A stretch of 64,000 nucleotides of DNA, from assembly GCF_036588685.1 (NCBI RefSeq), contig NC_086382.1, forward strand, positions 36,580,001 through 36,644,000, read 5' to 3'. The DNA comes from Mytilus trossulus (lineage: Eukaryota). The notes below the pieces were generated by a model. It had not been told where the DNA came from, did no database searches, and was given only the letters and a program-made list of their open reading frames with translations. This document shows, piece after piece, positions 1 through 12,100 of this stretch. How positions within the stretch are numbered: the stretch's first letter is position 1; every line of letters starts with the position of its first letter. Position numbers and translations under genes: made by a program.

Positions 1-1092
1 ATCAATACAATGATAATGCATTGAACAAAGTGTAAAAAGATCGAGTTTAAAACAAATAAAAGTAAGAAAAAAGCTTTTAATCCTATAATTCTTTAAATTG
101 GAGATAAGGAATATATTTTTCCACACTCATAACCTCTATCACACGTAAACTGTATATCTGTGTCAGACCATAGGCCTGGTCGCATCAGTATACTTGTTGG
201 TAAGCACACAAAAATATGTACTCCATGAAATTTGCTATCGGATAAAAAATAACCAACAAAAACTCTTATTATCATACAAACGAATGTGTTAGTATTTATT
301 ATTTAATTTAACGATTAAGCTGCAGTAAAAACCAAGGTTGGGCAGAAATACCGCCCCTGGTATTTACCGGTATTTACCGTCCCTGTCATCTTGTTTACAT
401 TGAAAAGAAGTTTGGTCAACGTCATCTATCGAAAAATAAACAACGTCAAGATCAACTATGGGCAGTCCTCTCGACCAATCATATCAACGTATTCCTAATT
501 ATGCAAATCATAAAAGAATTATTCTATTATAAGGATCTTTTGTTCATGTATGCTATACCTATCATTCCACCATGTTTATATCATTCAAATGCATCACCCC
601 ATATTGCTAAAATATTGCAACTAATATCATGTAATATCAACTTTTGTGACTCTCAAAACGTTAAATATGTCAACCAACATTATGTCATTTCGATTTTATA
701 ATTCTCAAAAGTTTAAATATTCCAACCAACATACAAGACATAAGTCATATTAAGTTGTTATTCTCAAAAATCTAAATATTCTAACATGTGTCATATTAAT
801 TTTGTGATTCTTAAAAACTTAGCCAGTTAAATATTTAAAACATGTCTAATTTTGTTTACTAATTTATAAGTAGATAATATAGATACATAAAGCAGGCCTT
901 TATTTTTCTAAAAAGATATATGTCAGGAATTGTTTTTTTTTTAACAGACCAATTATGGTATCCAACTACAAAATTATGTAGACATTATGTTTTTTCTCCT
1001 TATAGACATTTAAATTCTGTCATAAGTAAAGAAGGCTAGATTAGAAAAGTGAAGTAGAATAAACAAAACATATTGAATTTAAGGACATTGAA

Positions 1093-1197
1093 ATGACTTG
1101 TTCTGAATCAATTTGGAAAAGACAAAGAGAGACAAGAATCAGTTCAAAATGCCTAGACTGTGATTTACTAATGTGTATCTAGTGTCATGAAAAAGAT
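1093..1197 (+). pseudogene. Relic 5' fragment of a third B-box (TRIM-like) paralogue
   Basis: Translates MTCSESIWKRQRETRISSKCLDCDLLMCI*CHEKD, matching the N-terminus of the 1556 and 5744 ORFs (ETKISSKCIDCGLLMCINCRDK). The first CxxC is deleted and there is an internal TAG. The upstream ~100 bp (from ~995) is also homologous to the leaders of the other two copies. Confidence 0.8.
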
Positions 1198-1555
1198 AGC
1201 AGTTTTCATTAGTTAAACATAGATTTTTTTATGTTTCCTTTAGACAGATATTCTTCATTTAATATTCACCTTAATAACTTAAATTTAAAGATAAATGCTC
1301 TATCTTCTTTTTTTAAACCCACAGGTGTTTTTTGCATATCATTCTTTACTAAAAAGATTTTTAAATCTTATTGTTTGTCATTAGTTTAAACATTTTCCAA
1401 CCAACAAAATCAATTTGATTGTCGGCATGATTACATGGAAAAGTGTTTTCTCCTTAGAGATATTTAAATTTAGCTCATAGTAAAAAATTAACAAAAACAA
1501 AAAACTAGCAGAGGGAAGTAGAAGGGCAGACATATTTTATATCATAGACTTCAAA

Positions 1556-3241
1556 ATGGCTTTTTGTCAATCAATTCAGAAAGGACAGGTTCCATTTAGC
1601 TGTGGTTTATGTGAAACTGAGACAAAAATCAGCTCAAAATGCATAGACTGTGGTTTACTTATGTGCATCAATTGTCGCGATAAAGTTCATCCAAAGTTTA
1701 AAAATGCAAAGGACCACAGAGTTGTGGATATCAAGGACATTGGACTGTATGCTGAAGAAATGGATTTCACTAGTATTAAATGCCAAGATCACACTGGACA
1801 AAACTGTTGTTTGTTTTGTGAGTCGTGTAATTATTTAGTTTGTCCTCTTTGCATCTCAAAGACACACAATGGGCATTGCTTAATACAAATAAGTGAAAGC
1901 TATGAAACTAAACTAAATTGGGTGAAACAAGCACAAGTCAAAGTTCAATCAAACTTGCAAATATTGAACAAATATCATGCAAAAATAGAAGAGATACAAA
2001 AGTCTGTAAAGGAAAAGTACAAAGAAACTAAGGAGAAAATTCAAGCTGAAATAAATGCTCTGAACATAGCAGATGATGAATTCACTGAGAGAATAGAAAC
2101 AGAAGTGGACCAAAAAATTAGTCTTCACCAGAAATCCATTGAAAAAGAACAAATAACAACAAATCAGTTGAAAAAGAAAGTTAATGATCAAATGTTTAAA
2201 TTACAAGATATTATCAATGCTAAAGATACTGCTGAAGTCTTCAACTGCAGCAATGACCTTGAACTGTCTATCTCTAAAGAAATGGAACTACTAGGGCTGA
2301 ACATTAACCATATTCCAACATTTTGTCCAGAAGAAATAACTCAAGATTTATTTGGCTCTCTACAAAACAACAAACCAATAAAAATGACTGTTTCTGAACA
2401 ATTTGTTACTGGAGTATCAAGGATTGACACTGTATCAGTATGCTCTGATGAATCCATATGGATCAGTTGCAGTAGTAAACCTGGCAAGTTATATAAAGTG
2501 AAACCTGAACAAGGAAATCTAAAAGATGTACACAGGATAGAAAGACAAGTATTCGACGTGGCAATAACTCAATCTGCAGACTTTCTTGTATCTACTGGTT
2601 ATTCCAAACTGGAACTAATAAATGACAAAACTGGTAAAATCACTAGTACAGTATACAGTGTTGCTCCATTGGCATTACTAACTGTAGGTGTTCATGTTAC
2701 TAAAAGTAACAAAGTCATAGTAGGTGCTGTTTCAGACTGGTCACCTACACCAGTAAGAAGCTGCATCATAACCATGGATACCACAGGAGAACATGAAGCT
2801 ATATATGAACATGACAAAAACAATACACCCATCATTAATTTTCCTTGGAGGATAACAAGTACAAGTAATGGCAGGATATTCATTTTAGACAAACTTTCCA
2901 ATGACTTTAATGGACAAGTTGTGGTGTTCAATGAAGGAGAAGTCATTCAAGTCTATAAAGGACATTCAGAAATCAACAGCCCTGGTAAACCATTTAAACC
3001 CACCAATTTGGCCGTTACACCATTAGACAATATCATTGTAACAAACTTGAATATGGATATATTCCACATTCTGAATAGTTCAGGACAATATATAACCCAC
3101 TATGATACAACAGACATAGGTATTGTCAATCCGTATTCCCTAAGTTTTGGTGCAACAGGACTTCTCTATATAGGATCAACAACAACAAAAGGATCAAATG
3201 ATAAAGCTAAACTATACATAGTGAACATATCAGAAAACTAG
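1556..3241 (+). CDS. RING-less TRIM-like protein: B-box1, B-box2, coiled coil, C-terminal NHL-like beta-propeller (561 aa, single coding exon)
   Basis: Intact ORF. CGLC..CIDCGLLMCINCRDKVH..DH (B-box1), CQDH..CESCNYLVCPLCISKTHNGH (B-box2), a long helical Q/E/K-rich segment, then propeller-like repeats (FPWRITST, FKPTNLAVTPLDNIIV, PYSLSF..GLLYIG). Likely 5'-UTR acceptor ctccttAG near 1458. Confidence 0.9.
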   Translation: MAFCQSIQKGQVPFSCGLCETETKISSKCIDCGLLMCINCRDKVHPKFKNAKDHRVVDIKDIGLYAEEMDFTSIKCQDHTGQNCCLFCESCNYLVCPLCISKTHNGHCLIQISESYETKLNWVKQAQVKVQSNLQILNKYHAKIEEIQKSVKEKYKETKEKIQAEINALNIADDEFTERIETEVDQKISLHQKSIEKEQITTNQLKKKVNDQMFKLQDIINAKDTAEVFNCSNDLELSISKEMELLGLNINHIPTFCPEEITQDLFGSLQNNKPIKMTVSEQFVTGVSRIDTVSVCSDESIWISCSSKPGKLYKVKPEQGNLKDVHRIERQVFDVAITQSADFLVSTGYSKLELINDKTGKITSTVYSVAPLALLTVGVHVTKSNKVIVGAVSDWSPTPVRSCIITMDTTGEHEAIYEHDKNNTPIINFPWRITSTSNGRIFILDKLSNDFNGQVVVFNEGEVIQVYKGHSEINSPGKPFKPTNLAVTPLDNIIVTNLNMDIFHILNSSGQYITHYDTTDIGIVNPYSLSFGATGLLYIGSTTTKGSNDKAKLYIVNISEN

Positions 3242-4260
3242 AGAACACTGGATGAAATCATGAAGCTAAAAAGTACACAGTGAACATATCAGAAAACTTC
3301 AGAAGACTGAATGAAATCATGAAGCTTAAATGTACATAGTAAACATATTAGAAAACTTCAGAACACTGGATGAAATCATGAAGCTTAAATGTACATAGTA
3401 AACATATCAGAAAACTTCAGAAGACTGAATCAAATCATGAAGCTTAAATGTACATAGTAAACATATTAGAAAACTTCAGAACACTGGATGAAATCATGAA
3501 GCTTAACATGCTTAAATGTACATAGTAAACATGTTAGAAAACTTCAGAACACTGGATGAAATCATGAAGCTACAATGTACATAGTAAACATATTAGAAAA
3601 CTACAGAACACTGGATGAAATCAAGAAGCTTAAATGTACATAGTAAACATATTAGAAAACTTCAAAAACTGGAGGAAATCATGAAGCTACAAAGTACATA
3701 GTAAACATATTAGAAAACTTCAGAACACTGGATGAAATCACGAAGCTTAAATGTACATAGTAAACATATTAGAAAACTTCAGAACACTGGATGAAATCAT
3801 AAAGCTAAATTGTACATAGTTACAGTAAACATATCTGAAAACTACTTACTAGTCAGAAAACTTCAGAAGACAGGATTAAATTATAAAGCTAAATTTTACA
3901 TAGTAAACATAATTATCTGAAAACTAGAGAAAACACTTGATGAAATCATATGGCTAAATTGTGCATAGTGATCATATCAGAAAACCAGATATCACTTGAA
4001 AAATCATAAAGCTAAATTGTACATAGTGAATATATCTGTAAACTTCAAAACACTGGATGAAATTATAAAGCTAAATTGTACATAGAAGTGAACATATCTT
4101 AAACCTAAAGAAAAACATTGGATGAAACCATAAAGCTAAAATGTACATCGTGAACATATCCGAAAACCAGAGAACACGGGATGGCATCATAAAGCTAAAT
4201 TGTACATAAAGAACATATCTGACAATTAGAGAAAACTGGATTAAATCATAAAGCTAAATT
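3197..4260 (+). repeat. ~59-bp minisatellite (~18 copies) derived from the last codons, stop and 3' UTR of the B-box gene
   Basis: Unit GAACACTGGATGAAATCATGAAGCTTAAATGTACATAGTAAACATATTAGAAAACTTCA. The first unit is the coding end (DKAKLYIVNISEN*). Confidence 0.92.
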
Positions 4261-4434
4261 AGATTTAGATTTAATAGATTGAATTAAAAGTGAGCATTCT
4301 CTGTCTGTCATTTTATAGTTAATTTAATGTATTTCTCCCGTCTCTTCACTTATTCATTTTTTCACACCAACTTATATTACCACTCATTTTGGTGTATAGA
4401 GCCACCTGCATTACTGAGATACTCAATACATAAT

Positions 4435-4781
4435 AATAGACCACTTTCGAGTTCATCCCTCACCAGAAAAAACTCGTCAATTATATGCGCCTTTATAACC
4501 GTCATCACTTCCCTTCCAATGTTGAGCGAGTGGTTGAAAAACTATAATTCTATATTGTATGAATTATTCGGCAAATTGAATTCTCAAAATTGACAATCAA
4601 CACTGCTGTCATTAGGGAATTGTCAGTAAGTACCTACAGAGCAACCATTATATCTAGTTTATCCTGCACAAAGACGATCACTAAGACGATTGATGAACGT
4701 AAATAGTGCAGGAATACAGGCGACCCCCTCTATCTGGTAAATGACGTCATAAAGGCGTGCATAATTGACGAGTGGTCTATT
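4435..4781. mobile_element. MITE / non-autonomous DNA transposon
   Basis: Terminal inverted repeats AATAGACCACT ... AGTGGTCTATT; no coding capacity. Confidence 0.6.
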
Positions 4782-5743
4782 GTCTTAGGTCAAAAATTTT
4801 TTTAAATATCGGATGGGGAAAAAGAATGAGCAAAGATGAATAATGTGGCTGGTGTACGCAAGAAAATAAATATATCATAAAATACCAGGAAAATATTGCT
4901 GTTCTTCATCCTGACATCTTAGTTGTTTAAAAAAAAAAAAGTTAAATTGCAATTGCTCACACTAAACTAAACGTTAAAATGGAATTTGAAGTGACTGTCA
5001 TACAAGTGAAAGGTTTAGCTAGCTATTAAACCAGGTTAAATCCACCATTTTCTACACAAGAACAAGCCTGTACCAAGTCAGGAATATGATGGTTATTCAT
5101 TTGTTCGGTGTGTTTGAGCTTTTGATTTTGCCATATATGATAAGGGACTTTCCGTTTTGAAATTTTCCACACAGTTCACTGAGTTCAGTATTTTTTGGAT
5201 TTTACTTTTTAAAATGATGCAAGCTATGATTTCACCAGTACTCTTTAATATCTGGTGATAACAACAGCTACATATGTTATTGAACAATGCTGATGGAACA
5301 CTTAAAGAGAAATTATTTTTTTTCATACATAACTGGTCAAGCCTCCCAAAAAAATCATTCACTGCCCTCAAAAGTTTATTGTTAAAAACCAAAAACTGAT
5401 GATTGACATTATAAAATTTCAAACAACTAAACAAGCATATCTTTTAAAAGAATGTCCATGTCAACAACATAGCTGTTCAATTATATAAAATATGTTCAAC
5501 TATTTTGTTTGATTTGAAGTCTCATTTTGTTGTTCAAATCAAGCCTTTATTTACTGAAAATATATGAATCATATTTATTGTCATAAACCATTTTCGACAA
5601 GATAAATTTGAGTATATATCTGACTTACAAAAAATGTTTTAATCTCGTTAGAGACATTTAAATTCAGTCTATACATGTTTTGTAGTTTAGATTAGAAAGG
5701 AGAAGAAAATAGGGCAGACATATTTACTATTTAGGACATTAAG

Positions 5744-7436
5744 ATGGCGTTTTCTAAATCAGTTAAAAAAGAACAGGTTCCAATATCTTCCATTTTGTGT
5801 GAAACAGAGACACAAATCAGTTCAAAATGCATAGAATGTGATTTACTTATGTGCATCAAGTGTCGCGATAAAGTTCATGCAAAGTTTAAAAATGCAAAGG
5901 ACCACAGAGTTGTGAATATCAAGGACATTGGACTGTATGCAGAAGAATTGGATTTCACTAATATTAAATGCAAAGATCACACTGGACAAAACTGTTGTTT
6001 GTTTTGTGTGTCATGTGACCAGTTAGTTTGTCCTCTCTGCATCGCTAAGACACACAATGGACATGGATTATTAGAGATAAGTAAAGGCTATGAAACAGAA
6101 GTCGATAGACTGAAACAAGCACAAGTCAAAGTTCAATCAAACTTACAAAAACTGAACAAACATAATAAGAACATAGAAGAAATACAAAGATCTGAGAGAG
6201 AACAGTACAAAGAGGTAAAAGAGAATATTCAAGCTCAAAATATAACTCTCAAAAATGAAGTTGATCAATTCACTGAAAGAATGAAAAATAATCTAGAGCA
6301 AAAAATGAGTCTTCAACAGAGATCCATTGAAAGGGAACAAACAAAAACAGACCAATTGAAAAAGAAAGTTGAAGACCAAATTTCCATGTTAGAAGAAGTT
6401 ATTAATGCTAAGAATGCGGCTAAAGTGTTTAAATGCAGTGATGAACTTCCACAGTCAACTTCTGAAGAAATGGAACTACCTGAGCTGAACATAAACCTGA
6501 TCCCAATATTCTGTCATGGGGAAATAACTGAAGAGGTATTTGGCTTTCTGCAACACAAAATATCCATGAAAATGGCTATTTCTGAACAATTTGTAAGTGC
6601 ATTACCAAAGATTAACAATATATCAGTTTGCTCAGATGATTCAATATGGATCAGTTCCAGTGAAAAGCCTGGTATTTTAACAAAAGTAAGACCTGAAAAA
6701 GTATTTATGAAGGATGCACACAGGATAGAAAAGTTATTTTTTAACATGACAATGACTCAATCAGAAGATATTCTTTTTTCTTGTTGCGAATCAACCCTTC
6801 AACTAGTAAATAACAAAACTGGTCAAATCAAAAACACAAAGTTCAGTGTTGCCCCATTATATGCTGTAAGTGTACATGTAACTAAAAGTAGAAAAGTCAT
6901 AGTAGGAGCTGTTTCAGACCAGTCATTTAAACCAGAAGAAGCTGCATCATAACCATGAATGGGACAGGAGAACACAAAACTATATATGAACATGACAAAA
7001 ACAATAAATCCATCCTCAATTTTCCTTGGAGGCTAAAATGTACAAGAAATGACAGGATATTCATTTTGGACTGGCTCTTTGATGATCTTGATGGCCGTGT
7101 TGTGATAATAAATCCAGGAAAAGATTCCATTCAAGTCTATAAAGGTCATCCGAAGATCAACAGCACTGACAAACCATTCAAAATTACCATGATTACAGAT
7201 CTAGCTGTTACACCATTAGACAATGTTATCGTACTAAACAGAAATATCAATATATTCCACATTCTGAATAGTTCAGGACAATATATAACCCACTATGATA
7301 CAACAGACATAGGTATCCTCAGTCCAATTTTCTGTGTCTTTTAATGCAAAAGGACTTCTCTATATTGGATCAACAACAAAAAAAGGATTGCATGACAAAG
7401 TGAAACTATACATTGTGGACATATCTGAAAAACTAG
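5744..7436 (+). pseudogene. Frameshifted paralogue of the 1556 B-box/propeller gene (would give a 402-aa truncated protein)
   Basis: Colinear with 1556..3241 over the full length. 1-nt deletion at ~6935 (CCA GA-AGA AGC vs CCA GTA AGA AGC), 1-nt insertion at ~7327, and an extra A just before the homologous stop. The first B-box Cys is lost (PISSILC vs PFSCGLC). ORF-track pieces 5744..6952 and 6955..7344 belong to this one gene. Confidence 0.8.
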
Positions 7437-7515
7437 AGAACGTTAGAAGAATTGATAAATATGAATAAGCTAAACATACTTAGTGAATATATCTGTAAAG
7501 TAGAAAACACTGGAT

Positions 7516-7712
7516 TGATTGATTGATTGTTGGTTACTTAACGTCCAGTGGCAAATATTTCATGCATATTCAGGACGAGAACAAGTTCACAATAAATACA
7601 ATAGGTAGATTATACAATAGAGGTCATCTGGGATGATGGTCGGAGAAATTTGGACTGCCACCGGAAAAAGAGGGTATATTGGATAGACAGAAATTTTGCC
7701 TTGCAACAGGCC
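7516..7712 (-). mobile_element. 5'-truncated SINE-like retroposon with (CAAT)n tail and 14-bp TSD
   Basis: TSD AGAAAACACTGGAT at 7502-7515 and 7713-7726; (TGAT)n at the left end. It is inserted into the degenerate 59-bp tail repeat of paralogue 2. Confidence 0.8.
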
Positions 7713-8691
7713 AGAAAACACTGGATGAAAAATGATTAAGCTAAACCTATATAGTGAACATATCTAAACGCTAGAGTACACCAGGACGAAATTATAATAT
7801 TAAATTGTTCATAGTGAACACATCGCAATACAGAGAGCAACAATAGATCAAACTACATAACAAAATTATCAAGTGGAAATTTTTAGAGAACATTGTAGAT
7901 TTATTTGTCAATAATATATTTTTCAAAAACAATATTTTTTTACTTAAAATGTTTTTAGGCATCCTCCAACTTACAAGATAATTGTAGATTTTAGGGCATA
8001 CCATACAGTGCTAATCCCACAATGATTTTTTTAACAAAAATTTGCCTACAAGCCATTTATAACCTTGTCAATTTAATATATCCAATATGCAATAATAAAT
8101 ATAACTTCAAATGCTTTTAGTACTTTTAAAGAATAATGAGGTCGAAATTTTAACATTTACTTAAAAATTTGGTTTCTTGGAAATTTCTATTCCTTGGATT
8201 CACATACCTAGCTTTTTTGTTTCATTATAATTCAGTTTCTTATAGTATCTGATTTTGAACTTGATCTGTGTTTTATGGTAATAAGCATTGTGTATAAGTT
8301 TCATAATATTTGGTTGAGGGAAAAATGGAAATGGACTGACATACATGCATGCAAGCAGCTAGTCTTAAATACTTTGGTTGGGATATTGTTAACAATATGT
8401 TTCAAATTCACAACAAAAGGGAAATAACCCATAAAAATATAAATCAAACTACTTGATGTAAAATAACCCATAAAAATATATATCAAACGAAGAGATGTAA
8501 CTGTTGTAGTCCATACTGGTTACTTCAAATTTCATTATTTCATCAACTGCATTCAATAGGAATGGATAATTCCTTGAATTTTTGTATTAACAAAATAATT
8601 TTTTTTCAGGAATTATTCTCAAGATAATCAGCAGTAATTCTAGTTTCAAAATAGAGAACTTTCTGTCATTATAAGATTTATCTCAATATGA

Positions 8692-9152
8692 AAACTTACA
8701 CCTATTCATATAAAGCAGCCTATAGCTGAAGCTATAGAAACTTACAACTAACAAATTCCTGACTATTCAATGGAGGAATTTTAACTTTTGCTATAAAAAA
8801 AAATGCAACTAACCATAAACCAATTTTGTTGGAGGAATTTTATATTTTGGCTATTAAAACTTACCGCTAACCATAAGCAGACTTTTTTGACTGAGGAATT
8901 TCAACTTTTGATATAAAAACTCACAACTAACCATAAACAGCCTTTTTTGTAAGAGGAATTTTAACTTTTGCTAAAAAAATCACAACTAACCATAAACATG
9001 ACTTTTTTGTAAGAGGAATTTCAACTTTTGCTATAAAAACTCACAACTAACCATAAACAGACTTTTTTGTTAGAGGAATTTCAACTTTTGCTATTACAAC
9101 TATTTTACTAAGACTAATCTATTTGTAGGTGGAGTTTTAACAAAAGCTATAT
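8692..9152 (-). repeat. ~60-bp tandem repeat (~8 degenerate copies) of the 3' half of VBP1 exon 4 plus its splice donor
   Basis: Units such as AAACTTACCGCTAACCATAAGCAGACTTTTTTGACTGAGGAATTTCAACTTTTG match 9153-9208 (GAACTTACCCCTAGCCATAAGCAGACTTTATTTGTTGGAGGAATTTTAGCTTTTG). Confidence 0.88.
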
Positions 9153-9160
9153 GAACTTAC

Positions 9161-12100
9161 CCCTAGCCATAAGCAGACTTTATTTGTTGGAGGAATTTTA
9201 GCTTTTGCATAAACTTGATCTGATAACAAAAACTGGGTTTCCATGGGATCGGTGGATTCCTACAAAATAAGATAATGAGGGTAATAGATTATATCATTAT
9301 AAAATAGAAAACATAGATCTCTGGAAATTCCTGTAGTATTCTAGAAAAATAACATTAAAACCAGATGCTCTGCAGGGTGCAGCTTTATACAACCGCAGAG
9401 GTTGAACCCTGAACGGTTGGGGCAAGTATGGACACAACATTCAAGCTGGATTCAGCTCTAAATTTGAATTGTGATTAAATAGTTGACACAGAATAGGTTT
9501 CTGACACAGAATGAATGTGGTCTAATGAACTTATTTTTTTTTTGCCTTTGAGCAATTCACTGTGCTGTTGAATATTAATCCTCTCAAAAAATGTTTGAAG
9601 AAATTTTCTTTTTATTTAAGAAATCTGAAATGAGATAAATTGAAACCTCCCCATTTTTTATCACATCCCCCTTTCCCTTATTTCAAAACTGATCTCAATT
9701 CAAATTTCTAATGGAGTTTGCAACAATAACTACTCATTTAATTAAATACATCATAAAATATTAAAATGTAAAAAAAGTGTTTATTATCACTGAAGGGTAA
9801 AGATTGTTTTAGTTTATCAGGTGGTAGTAAAAGTGAAAATTCATTGTGTATTGTATAAAACAATGATTTAAGTTGATTCAACTACTATTCTGGACAAAGA
9901 AAGATAACTCCAATTGAAAATTTCTTGCTGTTGCACAATATTGTGCAATTAGATATTTCTTGTTATTGCGCAATTCTGTGCAATTGAAAATACTTGCTAT
10001 TGCACAATGCTGTGCAATTGAAGATTTCTTGCTATTGAACAATACTGTGCAATTGAAAATTTCTTGTTATTGCACAATACTTAATATAATAATTTTGAAT
10101 CCTGATTTGGACCAACTTGAAAACTGGGCCCATAATCAAAAATCTAAGTACATTTTTAGATTCAGCATATCAAAGAACCGCAAGGATTCAATTTTTGTTA
10201 AAATCAAAATAAGTTTAATTTTGGACCTTTTGGACCTTATATAGACCAGTTTGAAAACAGGACCAAAAATTTACAATCTACATACACAGTTAGATTTGGC
10301 ATATCAAAGAACCCCAATAATTCATTTTTTGATGAAATCCAACAAAGTTTAATTTTGGACCCTTTGGGCCCCTTTTCCCTAAACTGTTGGGATCAAAACT
10401 CCCAAAATCATTCCTAACCTTCCTTTAATGGTCATAAACCTTGTGTTCAAATTTCATAGATTTCTATTTACTTATAATAAAGTTATGGTGCAAAAACCAA
10501 AAAAATGCTTATTTGGGCCCCTTTTTGGCCACTCATTCCTAAACTGTTGGGACCTCAACTCCCAAAATCAATCCCAACCTTCCTTTTGTGGTCATAAATC
10601 TTGTGTTTAAGTTTCATTGATTTCTATTTACAATGTACTTATACTAAATTTATTGTGCGAAAACAAAGAATAATGCTTATTTTGGCCCTATTTTGGCCCT
10701 TTAATTCCTAAACTGTTAAAACCAAAACTCCAAAAATCATTCCATACCTTCCTTTTGTGGTCATAAACCATGTGTCAAAATTTCATAGATTTCTATTTAC
10801 CTAAACTAAAGTTATACTGCGAAAACCAAGAAAATGCTTATTTTGCCCCTTTTTGGCCCCTTATTCCTTAACTGTTGGGACCAAAACACCCAAAATCAAT
10901 ACCAACCTTCCTTTTGTGGTCATAAACCTTGTGTTTAAATTTCATAGATTTCTATTTACTTTTACTAAAGTAAGAGTGCGAAAACCAAAAGTATTCGGAC
11001 GACGATGACACCAATGTGATACCAATATACGACGAAAAATTTTTCAATTTTTGCGGTTTTATAAAAATAATAAATGCTTTGCTGAGCACAGCCTGGTACG
11101 CCCACAGAGGTTGAACCTTGAACTGTTGGGGAAATTTGGACACAATATTCAAGCTTGATACAGTCTGAATTTGAGTTTTGATCAAATTTTTGACATATTA
11201 TAGTGTTTTGACACTAAATAAATAAAGTCAAAGATCTGAAAAATCTATTGCCCAATACTGCGCAATTGAAGATTTCTTCTTGGCCCTTTTTAAAAATTTC
11301 TTCATTGAATCAAAAAAGAATTTGAAAAGAAAACAATAAGAACCCTTCAAAATATTGGAGAAATTATCCCCCTCCCTTGGAGCAATTACCCCCATACTTA
11401 ATTCCAGCCTTATTACATAGTATGTAACCTCCTAGTACAATTTAAGATAGATCCATCCACTTTACACACAAAATATAGTTTAGAAGCTAGAAAAATACTT
11501 GTTTTTGGCCCTTTTTTGCCTCAAATTCCTCAATATTTGAGACAATTACCCCAAAACTTAATCTCACCCTTCCCTTTGAGATATGGAATATTGTGGTACA
11601 ATGTCAGAGAGATCCATACACCTAAACACAAGTTATAGTCCAGAAACTACAAAAATGCTTCTTTTTGGCCCTAATTCTTAAACTGTTGGTACAATAACCC
11701 AAAAAATCAATCACAGTCTTAGTTCCCTATTGAACCTTCAAGTAAAATTTCATAGAGATTCATTCACTTAACTAAAGGTATTGACTAGAAATCATGCTTT
11801 TTTGCAGTTCTAAAATAAAAACATTTCATGGATGCATGAAACTTTCTATATATATATATATAAGAGGTTAGCTAACACTGCCACCGCCAGATCACTATCC
11901 CTATGTTGAGCTCAACAAAAACTAATTCTTCCTTGTTTATATTTTCTCTAGCATATTTAATATTTCCTTGCTTTTGTTAATGTTTGTTCTCTTTTTTGCA
12001 GTTCTAAAATAAAAACATTTCATGGATGCATGAAACTTTGTATATATAGTTATGCTAGACTTGCCTTCCTTGACTGTAAATGTTTAACTATGTCTAATGA

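Noticed and set aside
333-480. Possible hAT-like terminus (CAAGGTTGGGCAGAAATACC..GGTATTTACC repeats)
   Set aside because: No matching second end or TSD was found in the window.
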